Shown: one piece after another, positions 25,701-37,700 of the stretch
How positions within the stretch are numbered: position 1 is the first letter of the stretch
Layout of the letters: every line of letters begins with the position of its first letter
DNA from: Antedon mediterranea
Taxonomy: Eukaryota > Animalia > Echinodermata
Reading direction: 5' to 3'
Assembly: GCF_964355755.1 (NCBI RefSeq)
Contig: NC_092670.1
Span: 21,004,795-21,068,794 of the forward strand
DNA: 64,000 bases
The notes under the pieces: generated by a model
The model's input: the letters and a program-made list of their open reading frames with translations, nothing else
Database searches by the model: none
Told to the model about the DNA's origin: nothing
Made by a program: the position numbers and the translations under genes

Positions 25701-28700
25701 TAACAGTAAACATGTAAATCAATGCATAATTATTATTGTAAAGCTCATATAGTTTTCGTGCATTTAATTTTCGCAAAAATCAAAGGATTCTTGTTTACGT
25801 TGATGTAAATCAAATGACGTCAACATAATATCTTTGTAATCACTTCGGTGTGTTGTTATGGATATTAAACTGTAATAGTAACATCAATATTACACTGATA
25901 ATGACATTATTAAGGCTGTAGGTGAATGGTGTCATGTCATGTCTTTCGAATTAATTTTGGTTTTTTTTTTGTAATTCCCAACGAGTTTATGACGCACGCG
26001 TTTAAATTTTGATGATAGCGATTTTCGTACGCGAGATTTCGAGGCTGACAATAAAACAATTATCAAAGAAATGTTTAAAATACATATCAATACGAAATCC
26101 AAAAAAAATTAAAAAATCAATATATCTTTTAAAAAACATATAGAGGCCTACGCCTATGAATCGAAAATCATTTTTAAAACATTAATCGACAAGTAGGCCT
26201 ATTCATCAAAATACTGTTTTTCCCGTAAAACTGTTGATTTTATGTACACTTACTTTAAATGTTTTGCCCAGACTATCAACGATGGTATATTAATGACGAC
26301 CAAACACAGTAAAAGCATCATCAGTGTAAAATGATAATTGTACACATCTTCTGCTATATCCAAGGCTGTTCGCTCCTTTGTTTCCGTTGCTTCAGCAACA
26401 TCCTTGTCCACATTCTCGTCTTCTTCTATCTCTTTAGTATCGTCATCTTCTACCTCTTTAGTATCGTCATCTTCTACCTCTTTAGTATTGGCATCTTCTA
26501 CCTCTCTAGTATCGTCATCTTCTACCTCTTTAGTATCGTCTTCTTCTATTTCTTTAGTATCGTCTTCTTTGGTTAAGCTTTTAGTTTCAGATTCATTTGT
26601 CAGTGTCTGGAAAATTTACTTAATATTATAGGTCTACAGTAGGCTACATTCTTTATTTGGTGTTTTCTAAAGCTCTGTCTACACTATCAAACTTTATGTG
26701 AACAAAAACTGTGATAAGCATTTTAATTGTAGGCCTACAATACATACACTTTTTTTAAAAAGGTAGTGTCGTAGATCATTTTCTGACGAATAACTTGGAA
26801 AAGGTCTACTGTATTTCTATGAGTAGGGACCTCGAAGTTAAGGTTCTACAATGGCTATCAAAACAAGAGAGTGCTATATCATTTACAAAGAGCAATACTC
26901 ACCAAATTCAGACAATTGCGCACACAAATAACGTTTGCATATTTTTTGGATACCTAAGGTAAAACAATATTTTATTTAACATTTACAAAATTGAGCCAAG
27001 TTAAATTAACACGATTCATCACCGTTGTCAATCCTATGTTCTTCATACATGCCATAGTCAATATCATCATCACCGCCACCACCAAGGGTAACATTATTAA
27101 AGTACCCCGCAATTCAATTTTTAGTGTACATGCTCCTCTATCGATCAGATAAAATGACATGATCATCAATTTGGCAAAACAAAAATGAGTTGAGTAGGGT
27201 CAAGCATGGTCGTGGATTTTAGGTAACCAAGAGTTGATCCGATCGACTGTGGAAGCCATCAAAATAATAGCAGATTACTTACATGGGCAACATACATACT
27301 AAGTGCTAGGACCAAGGCAAGTGTACCACTACCAATGGACGATATCATGATTAATACTCCTACTGTACTGTATAACATCCACGGTATAGTGGACTGAGAA
27401 GGCTTTGATGGATCTGTAATTGGAGTTCTGCAGAAAATATGAGAATAAAGTTTCATTAAAATGTACTGTGATCGCAGCTAGTAGCATTCGGTGGATTAAG
27501 AATTTCCTAATAATTAAATTCATATATATTTGAACAACACATCTTCTTCAGTCAGTGGAAAATTCGCAAAAGGATTCCTACTTTCTAGGAGATAATCTAT
27601 ATTGCTTTGACAACTCTTGTAACATGACCACAGTGCTGATTTTGCCATTTTCCCCTAACTGTATTTACGTTATTATACAGCGCGCATTAGAAATTTATCA
27701 AATTAGTTTATTTGTTAGATGTTTTCTTTACTATGACGTAATTGTACTTTAAGACTATACTAAGCACATACAGTAATGAGAACACTTGCGCTGATGGCTA
27801 GGGTCAGATTATAGCACAAGGAACAATTGGTCTGCACCAACAGAATAATTGTTTAAGTACTGCTAAGTAGCTTAGTAATTAGTATATCTATAAGGGCAAT
27901 ATGTACCTTGACATTAAACAGTAAAACTGGCCTAAACATTTGGTTGTGTATATCAAGAATTGCGAAACGACGCAAACCATTGCATAGCTGAACAAAAACA
28001 TCACAATCGGTAATACATTGAAAAATATATTCTTTCGCACCATTTCCGTTATGTCGTATGTGCTTGTTAGTGGTTCCCATCTAAAGATAAAACACAACAT
28101 TTATTGGTTCATACATAGACTTCGGCTTTTGTATTTAATACAAATTAATCTACTCAACCTGCACTGGATCTTTTACAGATATTATTTTATCAAAAGAAGA
28201 TGACGACAATGATATTGATGATGATGATGAATACACCCTAGAAATGATGTAAATTTAATAATGATGACTATGATGACGATGATGACAATGTTGACGCACT
28301 GATAACGTTTATGTATGATTATAGAATATTCTGGTAAATGCGAACGATCCAATGTATTTATAATCTTCAAAAACATAGCGGAGGTGTATTGCATTTTGGA
28401 CAAGGAAGTGCGTGTAAATCTACAGTATAAATTACCATTATTTTTTAACGATTAATACCTTTTAATAATTTCATATCAGAGTAAACAAGGAATACATTTT
28501 AACATACCGTAAATAATCGAATGAGCATCGAAGTGTAAAATAAACACCAAACTCAATGCCGTATGCGAAGAAGCGCCGCGGTTGCTATTATGGTAGGCCT
28601 ATATACTGTAAAAAGAAGCCGATTTTCGGAACTGTATCTAAATTTGCTCTGTACCATAGGCAAATTCCGTAATACAGCGTCTCATGTGTTTTACATGTGA

Positions 28701-31700
28701 CACCTGTATTATTATAGTTACAGCACCGAAAAAGGGTGTACCTAACATTCGATCCATGATATAGGTACAATGTGATAGGCCTAGACACATGACCAATGCT
28801 CCGATTAATAACGGTAAATGTAAATCTATTCTATGGCAAGTAGGACTAAACAACATGTTCTTACTTAATAGCACTTCTGATGATCGAAACAAACGGTGCT
28901 ACAACAAACGGTTTACAATACGAAGACTGGATCCATATAAAATCATGTAAAGGTTCTAAAATGAAAAGAACTAAGTGTATTTTGATGTTTTAAAATGGAT
29001 ACAGATTTCTTAATTCATTCCAAATAGATGATACATCTTGACACTGGGACATGATTATATATACAAAATTATCTTTCGCTGAAAACAAATGTAAAAAAGA
29101 AACTAATTAAATATTCATAAAAGAATTATCAAGATATGCATATAAAAAAAAGTTAAGACTTTACTTCTTTTAAACAGAAGTTTAGGTCACTGAAACATTA
29201 AGTTAAAATCGAGCGGCTCCTTTATAAACGGATGATTCATGAACATCCAAGGCAACTGTACATAGCATGCTTACGTAGATGGATTTAATTGTTATAACAT
29301 TAATTACATGCCTAAACAATGTGTTCCGCCTTACTTCTACAAGCATCGCGTGTATAGGATTCACTTAATTAGTTGCAACGCATAAAAATGTCATTTAGGG
29401 CTTCGTGCGATTTCTTTAAAACAATAACCTGCATTACGAAGCCATATTACAGACCAACGTAGCTTTGATTAGTATGATTAATAATAATAATCACAATGTT
29501 CTTAATAAACGTACAATAATAACAATAATGGAAGGCTTAAACTATTACTAATGAGAAAATAAGGAGGACGTGGCGTAGGACTAAATGAGGCACTGATGTT
29601 AAGGACACACGTCAAGCGGCGATATTAAATGGCAACGCTATTCAAAAGTACAATTTCATTATTTGGCATTTAAAAAAATGTTTGTATACACGTTTGTTTG
29701 CACGATTTTTCAAATTATCGTGCTGAATTGTTTTTGACATCAATTTTATTAATTTTCAAGAAAATCGATAGGCCTATAATATTGATGACGTCAAAAAAAG
29801 TTGACTAAAATCTCGTCCTATTCATGTTAATGGCGTAAGACTGACTGAGGCAATGATGTTGAGGCCACACGTCACGCGGCGATATTAAATAGCAACGCTA
29901 GTCAAAAGTACAATTTCACTATTTGGCATTTAAAAACAAAATGTTTGTAGGCCTATACTTAGGCCTACACGTTTGTTTGCAAGATTTTTCAAATTATCGT
30001 GCTGAAATGTTTTTGATAACATCATGTTTATTATTTTCAAGAAAATCGATAGGCCTATAATATTGATGACGTCAACAAAACTGACTAAAATCTCCAGTTA
30101 ATCTCGAGTTAATTGGTCTTTATTATGAACCGAAATATTGATTAGAACGCCCTCTATCCATTATATCTACTTACCGTTTGTTCTCAGTTGCTTCAGCTGA
30201 TATGAGAAAACAAGGATGACGACAACAGTGATGAAGCAAGGGAGACACGTTGAATGAAACCTAACAAGCTGTGGTAAAAGAAACTACCCATATACGTTAA
30301 TTTGTTAGGGCCCAAAATATCAATTATAACGACCATGCTGATTGGTTTTATCCCGGTTACCACCGAGTGACAATAAACCAAACACTACAATTTGTCGTGC
30401 CGTCGGTTTTAATCATTATTACACAATACAGAATGAAATAAAAACATTTTGAATAAATTAAATCAATATACAATACAAAAAATAATAATTTATTCACATT
30501 GACATGGAACTCCAAGACCGTAAAGGCCAACTCAGACAGCGTCGTACGACGAGGCCCGACGATTCGTCTCGTCGGGAGAGAAAACTAAAAATGTTGAAAG
30601 TTGTCTCCACGACGACCTAAAAACTACGTCTGACGCTATCTAAAGACGACTCGACACGTCTCGTCTCATACTGCACCGACGAGTCAAGACGTTTCGTCGG
30701 GCCTCGTCGTACGACGCTGTCTGAGTTGGCCTTGAGGAGCTCGTTAAAATTCTGGTTATTGTCATACAGGCAGCGGCTTTGTGCCTCTTATGGTGTTGAC
30801 TACTTCAATTTATCTTTCCATGCCCATTCGTTTTATAATAAGTGGTTCTGTAATTACAACATTATCTCGTATTGATCCTAAATGTTTGATAGGTTGATGA
30901 GCAAAGACAAGCGGATACACTGTCTCGTGTTCATTTGCAGAATCGTCTGGTTTGACTACTGAAGTACCAGCAGATTTAGTTTGAGTTCTTCGTTGCACAT
31001 TTCTACTTTCGTGTCGACTTACTTCCATACTCTCTTCTATAGAATCGTGTAAAAGGTGTAACCGCGAACTATGCTTGCTAAGATTAGAATAAGCATTCTT
31101 GTTTTTATTAATTATGATAGCCTCTGAAATCTCCCTTAAATTATGTCCTACAAATGATGGTTTCCTGATTTGAACGTCTGGACAACTTGATACTGTTTGT
31201 TGACTGAGTGAAGTCTTCCGTTTGTTCGCCATTAAGTTAAACGAGACTCTTCTTTCATTCTTTGACGGCTGGACAATGTCACTAAGTTCACTTTCATTGT
31301 CTGCCTTGATACCAAGTTTTGATTCCGAAAGTACGGAATCATCAGCTATTTTCTTAGCTTTCAAATCTCCTTCTGTGTATGCTCGGCGTGGCGCAAAATC
31401 ATAATTTTCAATTTCAGGAAAAAATGTATGCACATTTTGCATGCCCATGCGACCTCTAGTACCCTTTACACTACTTTTCCTGTTTCGAATACTTGGAAAA
31501 TACTGTTCTAAATAGGATTCCTCCTCATCTTCCTGCCCTTCTCCAATGTCAACATCTTCATCTTTCGGAGGAAACAGTTCTCTGTCTTTAGCTTCCTCAT
31601 TTGCTTGTTGACGTTCTAATTCCCTTTTAACTTCTTCTCTAAATAAATTCCTAGAGCGATCTCTTTTACGCTGGTCTTTCTCTGACCATACTTTACGATG

Positions 31701-34700
31701 AGGTAGATAGTCATAGAAGCTAATGTGTCGAGATGACCGCGATATTCCAGGTAATGACAGCGGTCTCTTGTGAGAGTTTAACGTCGTATATGCTCTTGTG
31801 ATTATACTAGTATCTTGTCTTTTTAAGAAGGATTTAGATCTACCAAAATGATCTTCAGATATTTTCGACGGCTCCTTAATCATGGTTATAGTGTACTAAA
31901 GTACCGTAGTACTCTTTGTAGATACTTCAGATAAAATATGTTCCTTATAGAAGATAATGTTCAATGTTAATCAATTCCATTCGTCTTGTAGTAAAAAGTC
32001 ACAGAAATCTCCTATTCTGACGCCATTTGGGATAAAATTATTGAAACATGTTCGCTGACCAGTAAACCTAAAATTGAAACTGAAGGGCACGCATAAGGTC
32101 TTCTCATTTTACCAGTAAAATCAAACAATATAAATGGTATTTGGATTAGCAAAGTCTTGTATTATCACAACCAACTTATTCCATTCTGCGAATAGTCTCA
32201 TTAATGCACCATCCAGCATCAGTGAAATGATGTCAGCTCCAACAGCAGGACGATACCGTACCCCAACACAACCATTATAGTCGATTCGTCCACAATTAAT
32301 GATACCTTAAGTATGATTGCTCCAGTAACAGTGTAATACGGTTTTCTTTTTCTCAAATCGCTTATAGTTTCAGAATAGAATACAGCATGCAAATGGTGAT
32401 TAATTTTACTCGTAAAAAGATAATAAAACACGTTTATTCTCTTCTTTAACAACCAGGCACCTGGTAATCTTTGTCGATGTAAATTTCAATTTAAAAATCC
32501 GCCGATAATTGAAACACGGAGTTCAATTATAATCAAAAACGTATTAGCACAACCTTGAATGACATGAAATTGAAAACATTCTCCTTCCGAGTGGATCAAT
32601 AAGACATGGTAGCTAAGATACTAATATTATAGCCGTCTGGAACGCCTATTAACACATGTAGACATAATATCAGGTAGTGTGTATGATAAACAAACACTGC
32701 TTTATTGTCGTGTTTAAAAGTACACAAAACTTGTTGAAAACGCTATAGAAAATATCATGAAATACTATAATAGGCTTAGGATCTTCAATGTTATCTGACA
32801 CATGCCGCTAGACATGTTTTGCTTAGTTACAGGTATCACAAATAAATAAACACTGCAGTTGTTTTGTTTGTTTATAAATGAATAAAACTTATTTATAATA
32901 TATACAAAAATATATGCATAATGTCTATGAAAAGTTAAATTATGCTTGCGTTTAGTTATTAGCAACAAGTATTGCTACAAATATATTTATTTCATGGAAA
33001 CATTATCTTAATTAGGGAGAAATATCTGTTTTAACACATGATGAACCCAAAAGTGTCCAATTTATTAGTGGTAATATTTTATCAATTATGGTTTGTTTTA
33101 AAAAGTATGTATAGTAACTTTAGTAATTTTAATTAAAATAAAACTGCCAAATTCAATTAACCTAAATATTGCTGACAATAGCAGTTGTCAACCAAACAAA
33201 CGAACTCAGTTCGGGTGTTCTTAAAAGATAAGTGTAATCAACAACGAGTCGAAAAATTTATAATTTAAAGACTATATGCACGGTACGGAATATGTGCAAT
33301 GACTTTCTAAAGGTTGGTTCCCACTGACGCAGCATAAGGACGTAAAACACAATCAGAAGCGACAGTTCTGATAATTCATCGCTTTTGATTGGACAATTCG
33401 ACTGCGTTACGGCTTGCGTATTTGCTTTGCGTCCTAGTGGGAACCAAGCTTTACTCGACAGCTACGTAGTCGAGCGGAATATCATGGCGGGGTGGCACGC
33501 AATAAATACACACTCCAAAACCATTTTTATTTCAAACCGTTTAAACAAACTTGCCCACAGATGGGTTCCTACTGGTTAGATCGTTGAAGTCGGTAAATAT
33601 GCCGTCAATGGAACAATTGGGTCTCTACATAACTAGTTCAAGCATAATCGCTCTATGTACAAAACAAAATAGAAACGTTTCATTGAATAGAGAAGGGTCA
33701 TTTACAGTTAGTAATACTGGATCCGCCCCTGACAAATATTGGATCTGGGAAATAGTACCGTACGTATTCAACATTTTGGATTCAATATACCAGTAACAGT
33801 CACTTTTGACAATGTTTAACATTAAGTACATTTAAATTCTCTTACGATGATGCCCCACAGGAGGATTAACAGAAAGTTTACTTCACTAGTTTTAGTAAAT
33901 ATTCTTGTTTGGATTTGTCTTGCTTGGAACGGCCTTACAGGTAACTATTTAAATGTACCATTAGCTTGTGACAAAGGGAACGAAGTTTCATCATATTAAA
34001 GCTTGGTTCCCACTAGAATGCAACGCAAGGACGTAAGTCTAATGTAAGCAATTTGACCAATCACAAGCGATGGATAATTCGAATTGTCGCTTGTCATTCG
34101 TCAACTCGCTTACGTTGCGTCTACGTCTTTGCGTTGCGTCCTGGTGGGAACCAACTTAAATGATGTACTGTATTACATTACAGTATCTTAATATCTACTA
34201 CACTCAAAATCCTTAATATAACAAGCACGAATGTGCGATACTCAGGGTACAGCAAAAGAAGCTAAGTACCCCGAGTAATAAAACGAGATATACGCCTTGA
34301 GCACTCTTGAGTGGTATGTGCGCTATAAATATCCTGTTATTATTATTATTATTATTATTATCATATTATGTATACAGTATATTTCACCATAAAGTTTAAG
34401 AAAAATAGGGTTCGCCAGGGCTCGAACCGGGGACCTTCTGCGTGTTAAGCAGACCTGATAACCACTACACTCCGAAACCTCTTACAAAGTTTTTTAATCC
34501 ATTTAAATTACAAATAAATATGGTAATAAGCACAAAGCAAAATACAACACAAAACACGTTTTTAAAAAAATAATAAAAATAAGATATACTGTATGTCGGA
34601 TTGCGTATACAGTATTTTTTTACCATAGAGTTTAAAAAAAAAAAGGTTTCGCCCGAGCTCGAACCGGGGACAACAACAACATAATTAACAAAAAGGCACG

Positions 34701-37700
34701 GAAGAATGTGCGATACTCGGGTACAGCAGCAAAAGAAGCTGTAATGACGTCATAGGACCGGATGTAACGTCACATACACATCAATAACGTCACTACCAAA
34801 TACGGCTATACGGTACCATCTTCGAGACGTGATATGGCTGCATCCGGTTTGAAATTTAAAAATCCGGCTCTACAGCTTTGAGGACATGTCCCTGTAGTAT
34901 ATTCATTCCAAATCCCAGCTCAATACTACAACAAATACGGGAGGAGTAGTACTTTATAAATCGCACTTTTTGCTCAATAGTGTCCAGATGGAAGAAGAGA
35001 AGATGAGCGAGTTCTAGACTCGGGTACCCCGAGTAAAAACACCCCAGTTACTTCACCCATACAAAGCAAGTTCAATACAAATGTGTCACTACTGTATATA
35101 TTAATTGTTATTTGTTCAAAGGAAAAACGCAAAATGTTGATAAACGAATTAAAATGTGCATTGAAGCCGTCTCAAATGGAAGACATGATGTTACTCTAAA
35201 CAGAAATGAGAAGGTATCATTACATACTTTCAATGTAGAAGACATACACAAGAATACTGATTCGGTAAGTAGATTATTATCTCTTATTTACAGCAATGAT
35301 GAATGTGACAATCATTATAGACCAACTACTACGCATGTCCAGAGTAATTCTTGATACAAAATGACCGTCTCCTTCGTCTACCTCCTCGAAAAGAATGTTC
35401 GCTAACACTGACGACTGCCTGATGGAGGACGGCGGCCTGATGGAGGACGACGGCCTGACGGAGGACGATGGCCTGACGGAGGACGGTGGCCTGACGGAGG
35501 ACGACGTCTGATGAGAAAACAACGAGACCAGTAACAAAAAAGAACCTTTCCTGGCTATGATGATAACGATACAGAGGACGACGATACAGAGAACGGCGAT
35601 AAATGATTAGGACGATGAGAATAACAATCACCATCCACGTAATATCATGTCATAATCATAATTTGTTTTGCTTTTTAGGGAGCTGATAACAAATATGATT
35701 GGTTGACAAAAATGGAGCAAAGAATGAATCGACGTAAAAAGAATCTACGCGAAGGTTGTGCGGCAAGTGGTCTTCCAAAGACCAACTTCAAAAACGTAAT
35801 CTGGACGCAAAAACGACGACTGTGGTTTATGATAGTGAACGATCAATACCGTCTGATGTACGCGTACGTTTCCAAAGTTGGCTCAACCAATTGGAAAAGC
35901 GCGTTTCTTGTGCTGAAAAGAAAATACGCGAAAGTAGAAGACGTGCCAGGTAAGAAGGCACATGACCCGTCTCTGAAAAAACTCAGTCATTACTCACCGA
36001 AAGAGATTGAATATCGTTTGAAAAACTACAAGAAGTTTTTATTTGTGCGCCATCCGTTTACTAGAGTATTGTCCGCGTACCGTAGTAAACTAGAGGATAA
36101 GAATACCTCATTTAGGAAGCGGTTTGGCAGAGTGATAAAGCAGAGGTTTCATCCAGAAGGGAGGGACATACACAATGGTGCTAATGTCACTTTAAAAGAC
36201 TTTGTGACTTATCTCTGTGACAACAGAACTAATAGTTTCGACGGCCATTGGGAGATTATTAGTAATATTGTATTCCCATGTCAAATTGACTATGATTACA
36301 TTGGCAAATTGGAAAGCGCTGACGACGATTCGAATTACATATTGCAAAAAGCAAAAGTTGATCATTTAATCTATTTTCGAAACAGGACAAACCGTGCAAC
36401 AAAAAGCAATGACGTCACTTTGTTTGAGAAATACTACCAGACGATAAGTGAGAGTGAACGTCAACAACTTTATAATGTTTACAAAAAAGATTTTGTTTTG
36501 TTTGGGTATTACCCAGAAAATGTCTCAGCTATTTGACGAACTTGTTTTTCTGTTTAATAATACTACTGTACCATACTACTAAAGGTCAATTCAGACAGCA
36601 TCTTACGACGAGGCCCGACGAAACGTCTCGACTCTTTGGGGCAGTCTGAGTTGAATTCCGACGAGACGAGTCGTCTTGAGATAGCGCCGGGCGTAGTTTT
36701 TAGGTCGTCGAAAGAACTTTAAACATGTTTAGGGTTGCACGAAAGCTCAGCAAATTTTGTTATGCTTTATCGTTTTCATTTTATTTGTATCTTTATTGAG
36801 ATCCAGCCACTGATACACACAGTGAAAGCATTGTCATTTTTTCAGTAATTTGCCTTTCGATCAATAAACATTCATTCATTCATTTATTTGGTAAAAATCA
36901 TTGTCAACATATATACACAAGACAACAAGAAAAATAGACATAATATGTTAAAGAGGTATAAGACTGCAATAAAAGAAATAAAAGCAAAGAGCACAAGTTA
37001 AAATATTGAAAAATTACAGTCATAAAATATTACATACACTATAATTGAAGAAGTACATTTTCATACAATTTCATTGTCATCAAACAAAATTGAAATTATT
37101 AGTCAAATACTTACCTTAGACAATACTCACAATTATCCAGATAAAGATACAACAAAATTTATTGTCATCCACAAAATATGTCAGCAACTGCAGTTCTTGC
37201 GGAATCTTGCAGCGCATCGGGGGTGCATCTCTTTCAGATCAACCTATCGGAACTTCCTAATTTCTAGTAAACAATACCAAACACTTTACCTGACCAAACC
37301 CTTCCTGGTGAGAGTATCCCAAACTCAATTGATACTGGCACTTTGGGCTGATATGAATGAACAGTTGCGCTTTTCTGTCATCATCTGCGGAACGACCGTT
37401 TACCAACTTCAGAGAGATTTCATTATTTGTGTTTGCAGGACGTACTGAGTATGAATCCTCTGAGCGCCAGGGAACATGAAAATGCATGGTGCTGTTTAGA
37501 TCTGCTGATTATGAATAAATTGTAAAATATGTAAATTATTATAATAAATGCATTTCCTTTTTTTTTCTACAAAATTTTAACTAAAATATATTAATTTCGT
37601 AATGACATTTCATAACATCTTTTAACGTATTCATAACATTTTCATTTCACATTCATATCTTTATACTATTTAGTTCTAATTTATGAATTCAATAAAGTAT

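Noticed and set aside
26331-26631. Plus-strand Ser-rich and hydrophobic ORFs
   Set aside because: Antisense shadows of the acidic repeat in PGAP1 exon 20.
26972-27169. Hydrophobic 65-aa ORF in PGAP1 intron 18
   Set aside because: No convincing splice sites or PGAP1 similarity; exons 18 and 19 join in phase without it.
37115-37257. Exon-like segment with a strong donor just after PGAP1 exon 14
   Set aside because: Stops in all frames and too close to the preceding donor; the true continuation is at 30268.
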